Shown here in pieces: positions 20,686 to 31,141 of a stretch of DNA of 64,000 bases. The DNA is from Endomicrobiales bacterium (GTDB taxonomy: Bacteria; Elusimicrobiota; Endomicrobiia; Endomicrobiales; CAWCFT01): the NCBI GenBank assembly GCA_963794945.1, contig CAWCFT010000019.1, positions 2,052 through 66,051 of the forward strand. Direction: 5' to 3'. Made by a program: the position numbers and the translations under genes. How positions within the stretch are numbered: position 1 is the first letter of the stretch; the number at the start of each line of letters is the position of its first letter. The notes beneath the pieces are model-generated. The model did not search any database, had not been told where the DNA came from, and saw nothing but the letters and a program-made list of their open reading frames with translations.

Positions 20686-21570
20686 TCAGGATATACTGCT
20701 ATCCTTCAATATGGCCTGCATATCTTTAGGAACCGGCGCCTCGAACACCACCCGCTTGCCAGTATCAGGATGAGTCAGAGATATCCTGCGGGCGTGCAGC
20801 ATCTGCCTTGTAAAAGTGTGGTCGCCTACCTGGTCAAGCCCACCGTAAACCTTGTCTCCCAGCACAGGATGGCCGATGTAAACCATGTGGCTCCTTATCT
20901 GGTGGGTCCTGCCGGTAAGAGGATACACCTCAAGAACAGAATACTCTTTTGTCCTCACAATTACCTTGAACTCAGTTATACCGTCCTTTTTCGCGAGCGG
21001 CCCAACGACTATCTTCTGCCTGTCGTTAGGCGAACGCCCCAGCGGCGCTTCTATGCGGCCCTTAACTTCAGATACGCAGCCTTTAACCACTGTAATATAA
21101 ACTTTCTTTATCGTCCTGTTCTGGAACTGCTTGACCAGGCTTTTCTTGGCCCTCTCGTTCTTTGCCGCGACTATTATTCCGGAAGTATCCTTGTCGAGCC
21201 TGTGAACAAGGAATGGAGTGTAAGAACCTTTCGCGCGGCCGTAAAGGGCGTTCAAAAGCGTGCCGTCCCAGTGGCCGCATGCCGGGTGAACCACCATCCC
21301 GGGCGCTTTGTTTACCACCACTATGTCGGCGTCTTCGTAGATTATTTCCAGATCGATATCCTGAGGCGCGACCGTGCTTATCGTCTCCTCAAGGTCTATG
21401 TTTATCTCGTCACCGCATTTTGGCGAATAGTGAACGGTCGAAACACCGCCGTTCACCGTCACTTTGCCTGACTTTATGAGCTTTTGAAAATAGCCTCTCG
21501 AATAGCTTGGTACCGCGCCTGCTACATACTTATCGAGCCTTTCTGCCGGAGTTTCAACTGTGATCTTCAT
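20686..21570 (-). CDS. rluD: RluA/RluD-family pseudouridine synthase with S4 domain
   Basis: VVNKAPGMVVHP, HRLDKDTSG, GRTHQIR. Confidence 0.9.
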   Translation of the reverse strand: MKITVETPAERLDKYVAGAVPSYSRGYFQKLIKSGKVTVNGGVSTVHYSPKCGDEINIDLEETISTVAPQDIDLEIIYEDADIVVVNKAPGMVVHPACGHWDGTLLNALYGRAKGSYTPFLVHRLDKDTSGIIVAAKNERAKKSLVKQFQNRTIKKVYITVVKGCVSEVKGRIEAPLGRSPNDRQKIVVGPLAKKDGITEFKVIVRTKEYSVLEVYPLTGRTHQIRSHMVYIGHPVLGDKVYGGLDQVGDHTFTRQMLHARRISLTHPDTGKRVVFEAPVPKDMQAILKDSSIS

Positions 21571-21574
21571 TAAA

Positions 21575-22339
21575 TTAAACCTTACCCTTGCGGTAGCGCA
21601 TAAAATAGAATACCGCAGCGAGCGCTACTATCACAACCGATATCACCTGTCCCTGCGAGAACACAAGGAACTGCGGGCCGCGGTCATCCCCGCGGAAAAA
21701 CTCCATTATGAAACGCATAGTACCGTAAAGAAAAACATACGCGAAAATCGTCTGGCCTTTCCTGTGCTCGGTCCTGTTGAACCTGTCCAAAGCGAGAAAT
21801 ATCAATAAGTTGCCAATTGCCTCGTACACCTGAGTTGGATGCAGGCAAACACCGGTTGGTGCTAGCGATTCTGGGTTTGTGAACCGCACTGCCCATGGCA
21901 ATGCCGTGGGCCTTCCGTAACAGCACCCGGCAAGCAGGCAGCCTATCCTGCCGAAAATGTGGCCCAAACTCAGCGCAGGAGCCATTATATCGCTGAGGTT
22001 CCAGAAATCTATATCCTGGTTCAGCCGTACAAAAACGATGACCGCCACGGTACCTGCTATCAAGCCACCGTAATAAACCAGCCCGCCTTCCCATATCTTG
22101 AATATATCGCCGATGTTGCGCGAATAAAAGCTAAAATTAGTCAGCACATACGCGGTCCTGGCGCCGATGAGACCGGCAACGATCGTGTAGAGTACCACGT
22201 CCATGACTTTTTCTTGCGAAATATTTTTTGTTTTCGCCATAGAAACCAGGTATTGTAGCCCCAGGAAGAGTCCTATTGCTACCATAAGGCCGTATGAACG
22301 CAGCGCGAACGGACCAATTTTGATTATTGTAGGGAACAT
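21575..22339 (-). CDS. lgt: Prolipoprotein diacylglyceryl transferase
   Basis: GGLVYYGG, GRIGC, HPTQVYE, RFIMEFFR. Confidence 0.95.
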   Translation of the reverse strand: MFPTIIKIGPFALRSYGLMVAIGLFLGLQYLVSMAKTKNISQEKVMDVVLYTIVAGLIGARTAYVLTNFSFYSRNIGDIFKIWEGGLVYYGGLIAGTVAVIVFVRLNQDIDFWNLSDIMAPALSLGHIFGRIGCLLAGCCYGRPTALPWAVRFTNPESLAPTGVCLHPTQVYEAIGNLLIFLALDRFNRTEHRKGQTIFAYVFLYGTMRFIMEFFRGDDRGPQFLVFSQGQVISVVIVALAAVFYFMRYRKGKV

Positions 22340-22349
22340 ATTATCCTTT

Positions 22350-22877
22350 TCATTTCTTCTTCGGGCTCGCGGGCCTAACCGCCCATATAAATATCAACAC
22401 TCCACCAACAGATATGCAAGAATCCGCAACGTTGAAGGAAGGCCAGTGGTAACTTCCCACAAACACATCCAAAAAATCTGTTATCTGACCAAACGCAAGC
22501 CTGTCTATCAAGTTCCCTGCCGCACCTGAGACTACCAGCACGAGCGCTGTTTTGATCAACCTATCGAGATTTGCCGCATTTACGGCGTACCACACCGCAA
22601 ACCCAGCTATGACCAGAATCGTAAACACCATGAAGAAAGTATTCGCTCCCTGGAACATTGAGAACGCGATGCCTGTGTTAGTCAGATAAGTCAGCTGAAA
22701 GAACGGAGCGACCTGCCTTGATTCACCCAAATAGAAGCTGTTCCTTATGGCATACTTTGTCGCCTGGTCTATCAAAACAAGAATGCCCCATGCCGATAAG
22801 GGTTTTAATATTTGCGTTAGAAAATAATTTTCTTTATTTGGCATAAGTCGTGATTTTATCCCAGTGCTTCTACGCAC
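22350..22877 (-). CDS. lspA: Lipoprotein signal peptidase
   Basis: DQATK, NTGIAF, GNLIDR, FNVAD. Confidence 0.95.
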   Translation of the reverse strand: MRRSTGIKSRLMPNKENYFLTQILKPLSAWGILVLIDQATKYAIRNSFYLGESRQVAPFFQLTYLTNTGIAFSMFQGANTFFMVFTILVIAGFAVWYAVNAANLDRLIKTALVLVVSGAAGNLIDRLAFGQITDFLDVFVGSYHWPSFNVADSCISVGGVLIFIWAVRPASPKKK

Positions 22878-25654
22878 CGGCCGCAGAGGTTTGATCCGTG
22901 TTTGTTCGCTGTGCTCACATCCTTAACGTGGCGCCAGCACCTTTCGCATTTAGCGTGGCTGGAAACCCCGGCTGACACCTGAATCTCGCCCGGCTTTGCA
23001 CCCGGGTCGGTCACTTCGGATAAAGCGACATCCCAGGTGCCAAGGACGTTGCATAAAAGTTCTTTGTCTATGGCGCTGAGGCTGCCGTTATCATATATAT
23101 TGACACTTGCTTCCAGGTTAGAACCTATCTTCTTTTCTTTTCTGAGTTTTTCAAATTCAGCGGAAGCATTTTCCCTGAGCCCCATAAGTTTCTCCCACTT
23201 TTTTTCCTGCTCTATTGAGAAAGTATTGCCGCCTTCAACAACCGGGAATTCAGCCAGAAAAACCGACTCAGGCAGGCTCTTGTCTATTTTTCTAAGCTCC
23301 TGCCAGGCCTCTTCCGTAGTGAATGGCAGTATCGGAGCCATCAAACGAATAAGCGCCGAGCATGTTTCCCAAATCGCCCTTTGTGAACTTCTCCTTGCGT
23401 TCGAAGCGGGTTTATCGCAATATAGTATGTCTTTGAGCGCGTCGAGATAGAAATTGCTTAAGAAGACCGTGCAGTGCAGGTTCAACTGCACAGCCGCGTT
23501 ATGGAACTCATATGCCTCATAAGCGCTTGTAACGATCTTTATTGTTTCGTTAAGTTTACTTATCGCGTAACGGTCTATCTCCCTCATGTTTTTATATTCT
23601 ATCGCCTGGCTGGAAGAATAGTCAGAGATATTGCCGAGCAGGAACCTTATAGTATTCCTCATCTTTCTGTAATTATCTATCAAACCTTTAAGTATCTCCG
23701 GCGATATCCTTATGTCCTCGCGGTAGTCGCTGGTCGCGACCCAGAGCCTTAGAATATCGGCTCCATACTGCGCGATTATCTTCTCCGGAGCTACGGTGTT
23801 GCCTATGGACTTGGACATCTTTTTGCCTTCGCCGTCAACCACAAAACCGTGAGTCAGCACCGTCTTATACGGCGCCGCGCCTTTCAAGGCCGAGGCCACG
23901 AGCAATGACGTCTGGAACCAGCCCCTGTGCTGGTCTGATCCTTCGAGATACATGTCTGCTGGCCATGAGAGACCTTCGAAATTACCGCTTTCAAGGACAG
24001 CGAGCGATGAGACACCAGAATCGAACCAAACGTCCAGAATGTCCTGCTCCTTGCGGAAATCCGATGCTCCGCATTTCTTGCACTTTATATCGAGAGGAGC
24101 CATCAGTTCTTTAGAGCTCTTCTCATACCAGCGGTCCGAGCCGAATTCAGCGAACTGTTTTGCTATATGCATTATAAGGTCGTAGTCCAGCACCGGCTCG
24201 CCGCATTTTTCGCAGTAGAATACCGGAAGCGGCACACCCCAGAGCCTCTGGCGGCTGAGGCACCAATCCGGTCTTGTCTCCATCATGCCGGTTATCCTGT
24301 TCTCTCCGTAGGAAGGGACCCAGGAAACTTTCTTAATAATGTCGAGCATCCTTTCGCGGAGGGAATCGTGTTCCACGCTCATGAACCACTGCGGTGTCGC
24401 GCGGAATATCACGGGCTTCTTGCACCTCCAGCAGTGCGGGTACGAATGCGTAAATTTATCCTCAAAGACCAGCTTTCCTTCGTTCTTAAGTTTTTCGATT
24501 ATAAGCGGGTTTGAGGCGAACACCTTCTGCCCCTTGAACTCAGGCACTTCATCTGTAAATGCTCCCCACTCGTTGACCGGAGAGAGCACCGGAAGTTTGT
24601 ATTTTAACCCGACCTGGTAGTCTTCCTGCCCGTGGCCGGGGGCTATGTGAACGACACCCGTGCCGTCTTCGGTGCTTACGTAATCGGCGAGCACACCGAC
24701 TGAATCGCGTTCGAGCAAAGGGTTCGAACAAACAATGCCCTCGAGGCTCTTGCCGGAGAATTCACGGAGTACTTTGTATTCTTTCATGCCGGTATTTTCT
24801 GCAACAACCGCAAGGAGTTTCTTCGACAGGATCAGCCTGTCCGCCATGCCATCTGAGTATGTTACGGACGCCAGAACATAATCAACTCCCGGGTTAAAAG
24901 CGAGAGCTACGTTCGCGGGGAGCGTCCAGGGAGTGGTCGTCCATATGAGCACCGAGGCTTTTTGCTCTTCCGAAAGCACCTCTGGGAATTTCTTTATGTC
25001 GAACTTGACGTAGACCGAGTGAGAAACGTGGTCAGCGTATTCAACTTCCGCGTCCGCAAGAGCCGTCTCGCATGCCGGGCACCAGTAAACCGGTTTCTTC
25101 GATCGGTATATGTAGCCCTTCTTGGCGAGCTCGCCGAAGGCTTTGATTATCACGCTTTCGTATTTCGGGTCGAGCGTCAGGTAGGGTTTCTCCCAATCGC
25201 CGAAAACGCCAAGCCTCTTAAATTCGCTCCGCTGTATGTTTATGAACCTTTTAGCGAAATCCGCAGCCTGTTTACGAAAGGCTATCATCTCCACTTTGTG
25301 TTTATCAAGTTTAAGCTCTTTAAGGGCCTGCTGCTCTATCGGGAGGCCGTGACAGTCCCAGCCCGGCGTGTAAGGCGCGTCCGAGCCGGACATGGACTTG
25401 TATTTGATTATGAAATCCTTAAGTATCTTGTTTAGCGAAGTACCCAGATGTATATGGCCGTTCGCGTAAGGCGGCCCATCATGAAATATGAATTTCTTTC
25501 TGCCTTCATTTTTCCTGCGGACTGATGAATAGATATCTTTCTCTTCCCATGTTTTAAGGAATTCCGGCTCTCTCTGCGGAAGGTTGGCCTTCATCGGAAA
25601 TTCCGTTTGAGGAAGGTTCACTGACTTTGAGAAATCTTTTTTTTCGTTTTCCAT
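22856..25654 (-). CDS. ileS: Isoleucyl-tRNA synthetase (type 1)
   Basis: DGPPYANGHIHLG, KMSKS, C-terminal CERC/CGRC zinc finger. Confidence 0.97.
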   Translation of the reverse strand: MENEKKDFSKSVNLPQTEFPMKANLPQREPEFLKTWEEKDIYSSVRRKNEGRKKFIFHDGPPYANGHIHLGTSLNKILKDFIIKYKSMSGSDAPYTPGWDCHGLPIEQQALKELKLDKHKVEMIAFRKQAADFAKRFINIQRSEFKRLGVFGDWEKPYLTLDPKYESVIIKAFGELAKKGYIYRSKKPVYWCPACETALADAEVEYADHVSHSVYVKFDIKKFPEVLSEEQKASVLIWTTTPWTLPANVALAFNPGVDYVLASVTYSDGMADRLILSKKLLAVVAENTGMKEYKVLREFSGKSLEGIVCSNPLLERDSVGVLADYVSTEDGTGVVHIAPGHGQEDYQVGLKYKLPVLSPVNEWGAFTDEVPEFKGQKVFASNPLIIEKLKNEGKLVFEDKFTHSYPHCWRCKKPVIFRATPQWFMSVEHDSLRERMLDIIKKVSWVPSYGENRITGMMETRPDWCLSRQRLWGVPLPVFYCEKCGEPVLDYDLIMHIAKQFAEFGSDRWYEKSSKELMAPLDIKCKKCGASDFRKEQDILDVWFDSGVSSLAVLESGNFEGLSWPADMYLEGSDQHRGWFQTSLLVASALKGAAPYKTVLTHGFVVDGEGKKMSKSIGNTVAPEKIIAQYGADILRLWVATSDYREDIRISPEILKGLIDNYRKMRNTIRFLLGNISDYSSSQAIEYKNMREIDRYAISKLNETIKIVTSAYEAYEFHNAAVQLNLHCTVFLSNFYLDALKDILYCDKPASNARRSSQRAIWETCSALIRLMAPILPFTTEEAWQELRKIDKSLPESVFLAEFPVVEGGNTFSIEQEKKWEKLMGLRENASAEFEKLRKEKKIGSNLEASVNIYDNGSLSAIDKELLCNVLGTWDVALSEVTDPGAKPGEIQVSAGVSSHAKCERCWRHVKDVSTANKHGSNLCGRCVEALG

Positions 25655-25692
25655 GATATCCCTTATATTAAGCTAAATTATGCCGAGCTTGG

Positions 25693-27476
25693 TCAATCGC
25701 CTATCTTAAGCACGGCAACAAATGCCTCTGGTGGGATCTCAACCCTGCCAAACTGCCTCATGCGTTTTTTGCCTTCCTTTTGTTTTTCAAGGAGCTTTCT
25801 CTTACGCGAAATATCGCCGCCGTAGCATTTAGCAAGCACATCTTTTCTGACGGCAGATATATTTTCGCGCGCGATTATCTTGTTGTTTATCCTTGCCTGT
25901 ATGGGTATCTCGAACATCTGCCTCGGGATCAGGGTCCTCAGTTTTTCCGCCAGGAAATGCGCCACCGTCTGGGCTTTCTCCTTGTGCACTATAACTGAGA
26001 AAGCGTCTATGACATCCTGGTTGATCATTATCTCTAGCTTCACCAGGTCTCCTACCTTAAAACCAATGTGGTCATAATCAAAGGATGCGTAACCCTTTGA
26101 AACTGATTTTAGCGTATCATAGAAAGAGATGATAACCTCCGCCAGAGGCATCTCGTATTTCACTATTATAGTCTTTGTGTCAAGAAAACGAAGAACGGTC
26201 TGTTTGCCACGCTTCTTTTGGCAGAGGTCCAGCACCGGCCCCATGAATTCCGAAGGACATATTATAGTCGCAAGCACGTAGGGCTCCTGTATCTCGATTA
26301 TATCACCGTAAACAGGGAATTTTGCAGGGTTATCTATGTCAGTCGTACCCTTCTGCGTCGTGACTTTGTAAATGACGTTAGGCGCGGTTATAAGCAAGTT
26401 CAACCCAAATTCCCTCTCAGCCGCTCCTTGACTATTTCAAGGTGGAGCGAGCCTAGGAAACCGCACCTGAAACCGAAACCCAGCGCCACCGAAGTCTCCG
26501 GCCAATGGAAAAGTGACGAGTCTGAGAGCCTTAATTTCTCCAGCGCTTTCTTAAGGTTATCGTAATCCGATGTGCTGACAGGATAGAGCCCGGCAAAAAC
26601 AAAGGGTTTTATCTCGCGGTAACCGGGGTGAGGTTTCGTGGTCGGCCTGCTGACCTCTGTTATAGTGTCTCCAATCTTGATATCGTGGATATCTTTGATG
26701 CCGGCAACAATGTAACCCACTTCACCGGCTGATACTCTGTCGCTTGGTATCATTTTTATCCTCATAAAACCCGTTTCCAGTATTTCATGTTCTGCGCCCG
26801 AAGAAAGCATCGTTACTTTCATGCCAGGTTTAAGGACGCCATCCAGTAAACGCACGATTATAATAGCTCCTCTGTAAGGATCGTAAAAAGAATCGAATAT
26901 GAGAGCGGACAGTGGGTCCGCGGCGTTGCCCACCGGAGCTGGAATATTTTTTATGACAGCATCAATTATTTCTTTGATGCCTATGCCTTCTTTGGCGCTG
27001 GCAAGTATAGGTTCATCCGGCACCTCTAACCCCTCTCTGAGCTGAAGGTAAGCGTTGTCTATATCCGCTGTCGGAAGATCTATCTTGTTTATGACCGGTA
27101 TGATCTTCAAATTGCCCTGACGGGCGAGATAGGTATTAGCAAGCGTCTGTGCCTGCACGCCCTGTGACGCGTCGACGACAAGTATGGCCCCTTCGCACGC
27201 AGCAAGCGCGCGGGAGACCTCGTAGGTAAAATCCACGTGACCCGGCGTGTCTATGAGGTTAAGGATATACTCCTTGCCGTTCTCGTCTTTATACTCCATC
27301 CTTATGGCTTTAGCTTTTATGGTAATGCCGCGCTCGCGCTCGAGGTCCATGCCGTCAAGTACCTGCGCGCGCATCTCCCTTAGCGAGATGGTGCCCGTAA
27401 ACTCCAATAGCCTGTCAGCAAGCGTGCTTTTACCGTGATCAATATGGGCAATGATACAAAAATTTCTTATTTCCAT
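25693..27476 (-). CDS. lepA: Elongation factor 4; frameshift near 26415
   Basis: [35 protein letters not shown] split over two ORFs. Confidence 0.95.
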
Positions 27477-27581
27477 GATTATGTTTCTATATTAACAGAA
27501 AAGATTAAGAACCAGTTTTCGGGGAACTGCAAGAACCATCCCGATCCCTGCGCTTAATCCTTGTTCATACTTCCGCCTGCG

Positions 27582-29340
27582 TTACGCCTGAGTGGCCTGC
27601 CCTTTTAGTTCCTGCATTTTGATCTTTTTTATTATTGTTTCGTTATCAGGAGAAAGCAGAATATCCGCCACAAGCGCCTTAGCTTCCAGCAGTGATATGC
27701 TCCTTATTATCTTTTTTATCTTAGGAATTTGGACCGGAGAAACGCTGAACTCGTTAAGTCCGAGGCCTATGAGCACCATCGTAAAGCTCGGATCAGCAGG
27801 CCATCTCGCCGCACATGCCAACCCACTTGCCTGCCGCATGGCCGGAGTCTATTATATTTTTAAGAAGCCTTAGGATTGAAAGGTGAAGAGGCTCGTAGAG
27901 CGATGCGACGTTCTCGTTGACCCTGTCTACGGCCAGGGTATATTGTATCAGGTCGTTCGTGCCGATAGAAAGAAAATCGCATTCTTTCGCTATGAGATCG
28001 GCAGTTAGAGCAGCCGAAGGCACTTCTATCATGCACCCGACCTCGATGTTCTCATCGAACTTCTTGCCTTCGCGCCTGAGCTCCGCTTTTGTTTCCTCAA
28101 GTATAACGTTTGCCGCGCGCAATTCCATTATCCCGGAAATCATCGGATACATGATCTTTATCTTTCCTTCTGCCGAGGCACGCAGTATTCCCCTGAGCTG
28201 TGTCTTGAATATCGCAGGGTATTTCAGGCATAAGCGTATCGCTCTTAACCCAAGAAAAGGGTTATTTTCCGCGGTAAGCCCTTCCAGGCCCATACCGGAA
28301 AGTTTATCCCCTCCCAGGTCTATGGTCCTTATAATAACTTCATAAGGGAGCATCCGCTGAACCACCCTGGAATAATTGTTGTAATGCTCGTCTTCTGTAG
28401 GCAATGTCTGGCGGTTGAAATACAGAAATTCTGTCCTGTAAAGACCTATGCCTTCGGCTCCATGCTTTAGGACAGATTTGTTCTCATCGGGATTGTCAAT
28501 GTTCGCGGCTACCACAACCCTGTGCCCATCAGTTGTCTGAGCCGGCAGATCGCGCAGTTTTTCAAGTTCCCGCACCTGTGCGAGCTGTATCTCCTGCTCT
28601 CTGCGGTAATTATCTATTATCTCGGGGCTTGGGTTTATTATGACCATGCCCTGGTTGCCGTCTATGATGATCGTCGTGCCTTCAAAAACCTGCGACGTGA
28701 CATTCTTAAGGCCCACCACAGCCGGTATTTCGAGGCTCTGTGCGACTATCGCCGTGTGCGATGTACGTCCGCCGATATCAGTTACAAAACCCTTCACGAG
28801 GTTTTCTCGCAGCGATATAGTATCTGCAGGCGTAAGGTTGTGCGCCACAACGATGGACTCTGATGTTATCTCAGAGAGCTCACGCCTCTCCTTTCCAAGG
28901 AGCTGAGCAAATATCTTTTTGCCTACGTCCTGTATATCGTGTTTGCGCTCCCTGAAATATTCGTCATCTATCATTTCAAACGAACGCGTCACTTTTTCGA
29001 GTATCCTGAAAAGCGCGTACTCGGCGTTCACACCTTCGTTTATCCTCTTAACAACGTCCCTCGTAATGAGCGGATCCTCTAGTATCAAAAGGTATGCGTC
29101 AGCGAGCCTCGCGTACTCCTTGCCAAGAGTCTTGAAGATCTTTTCTTGGGTCGCAACCATTTCTGCGCGCGTCTTTGAAAGTGCCTCACGGAAACGATTA
29201 ACCTCTTTTTTCGTTTCGTCCTTTGATATCTCTCTCTGAATAAGGCAAAACTCGTCGTCTTCGAGAAGGAACACCTTCCCGATTGCAATCCCCGGAGACG
29301 CCGGAACACCGTGGAGAATGACTGTAGATTTATCTGTCAT
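27582..29340 (-). CDS. ptsI: PTS enzyme I; frameshift near 27798
   Basis: [33 protein letters not shown] then ADPSFT in the next frame. Confidence 0.94.
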
Positions 29341-29388
29341 ATTTGCCTCACATTTATTGGCAACAGAAAAAAGCTTCCCTCAAAAGGT

Positions 29389-29655
29389 TCACTCTTCCCC
29401 GAAACCGCTTTCGACAAGTTTGCCCATGGACTCAAGCACTTCCTTTTCGTCCTCGCCGTCCGCAACCACCTTAAGATTTGACCCCGCGCAAGCTGCGAGC
29501 GTCATTAAACCCATAATACTTTTACCATCTACTTCTTGTTCATCCTTAATTATTTTAACTTTGGATTTGAACTTCGAAGCCGTTTGCACCAGGAGTGCAG
29601 CTGGCCTAGCGTGCAGCCCAAGCTTATTCTTTATTACAAATACTTTTTCCATCAT
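29389..29655 (-). CDS. ptsH: HPr phosphocarrier protein
   Basis: GLHARPA, DGKSIMGL. Confidence 0.95.
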   Translation of the reverse strand: MMEKVFVIKNKLGLHARPAALLVQTASKFKSKVKIIKDEQEVDGKSIMGLMTLAACAGSNLKVVADGEDEKEVLESMGKLVESGFGEE

Positions 29656-29661
29656 TTTTAT

Positions 29662-30423
29662 TTATCCTTTCAAATATGCAAGTAGCACACTCAGGGCTAT
29701 AACGCCAAAGAACATAAGCGTAGATGAGAACCTGAAGCACCCGAACAACACACTGAGCAGAAAAACACCAGCGATCACAACCATATAGAACACACTCGAA
29801 CCGTAATTGAAAAAATAGAAAATGAAGGCTATACCGAGCACAAGCATACTGACAAGTTTTACAATATCAACCACGTACTGGAACTCTAGGCTTGCTATGA
29901 TTTCCACAATTTTTTTGTGCATGTGGTAGCTGACCCTCAGGCTCCAGTACCTAAAAGACAGCGGCACTATATTGTAGATCAGAATGAACAGCAAAGGCAC
30001 TATTAGCCCGCTTGAAAAACTGCCATACCTGAACAAAAACAGCGCGGTCGATACGGCCACAAGTACGCTGAAAGGCCTCCACGTGGCCCAGAAAAAAGTA
30101 TCCCCTATAGCAGCAAGAGGTCCGGCCATATTGTTCTTAAATATGGTGATCTGTTCTGGATTCGGAGTTTTTCCTTCCGCAACATCCTGCTCAAGCGACG
30201 CGACCATCCCGAATATAAGGTTTACCATATATGGATGCGTATTAAAATAGTTTGTGTGGCGCAGCAAAGCTTCTCTGCGTTTCTGCGGGTCGGGATAGAG
30301 CGACCGCAGTATCGGCAGCATTCCGTAAGCAAAACCTATATTCTGCAGCCTTTCGAAATTCCAAAGAGCCTGGATAAAAAATGATCTCCAAAAAACTGAA
30401 AATAGCACTCTATTGCTTTTCAT
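29662..30423 (-). CDS. Mannose-family PTS IID component
   Basis: WNFERLQNIGF, FNTHP, GPLAAIGDTFFW. Confidence 0.92.
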   Translation of the reverse strand: MKSNRVLFSVFWRSFFIQALWNFERLQNIGFAYGMLPILRSLYPDPQKRREALLRHTNYFNTHPYMVNLIFGMVASLEQDVAEGKTPNPEQITIFKNNMAGPLAAIGDTFFWATWRPFSVLVAVSTALFLFRYGSFSSGLIVPLLFILIYNIVPLSFRYWSLRVSYHMHKKIVEIIASLEFQYVVDIVKLVSMLVLGIAFIFYFFNYGSSVFYMVVIAGVFLLSVLFGCFRFSSTLMFFGVIALSVLLAYLKG

Positions 30424-30469
30424 AATACAGACACCTGCCCCGTAAGTAAGCGTGGCCTCAGCTTGTTGA

Positions 30470-31126
30470 TTAAACTCGTCTAACGATTTCTTCTATCTTG
30501 TTGCAGGGGAACTTACCGTTCCTGAAATTCACAAGTAGCAGACCCAAGCCCAGAACAGGCAGCAGCATCCATGCTAGCCTTAGGCCTACGAGCACATGTC
30601 CCGGCAAATAATGATAAACGAATTCCGTGAGCCATATCCCCGGATAGAACAAGACGATATACAAAATAAAAGCCTTCAGAAAGAATAAACCGAGGCCTGC
30701 GTATATGCCGAGGCTCGTCCTCTTCTCTTTGCCTGCCATTACCCCTTCTTCTACCCAGTGCATTATACGAACATTGGCATAACGAACCAGAATATCTACC
30801 CTGCGGAACAACATCCCTGCCGGTATGCTCAACGCCAGAGCGATAATAACCCCAGCCCTATCGAACGGCAGCGCGTGCAGGCCCCAGACGACCGAGAGAA
30901 TAGCCACAGCTGTTGTCTCGAGCGGGATTGCCGCGCCCATGGGTATAGAACCGATCCAAATGAGCTCTACCGTCATACCCATCCACAGCCCTGTCTTTAC
31001 GTCTCCTAATAGGTAGCCCACAAATGTCGCGCAGACTATCGGCCTGGATATCATGAACTGCCCGAACGCCGTTATGTCGAGACTTAACAGGGCCGCCAGA
31101 GCTGCGATGGTAAATAATCCTGTCAT
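30470..31126 (-). CDS. Mannose-family PTS IIC component
   Basis: QFMISRPIV, GDVKTGL, ELIWIG..PMGAAIP. Confidence 0.88.
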   Translation of the reverse strand: MTGLFTIAALAALLSLDITAFGQFMISRPIVCATFVGYLLGDVKTGLWMGMTVELIWIGSIPMGAAIPLETTAVAILSVVWGLHALPFDRAGVIIALALSIPAGMLFRRVDILVRYANVRIMHWVEEGVMAGKEKRTSLGIYAGLGLFFLKAFILYIVLFYPGIWLTEFVYHYLPGHVLVGLRLAWMLLPVLGLGLLLVNFRNGKFPCNKIEEIVRRV

Positions 31127-31141
31127 AGTTATTCCTTAAAA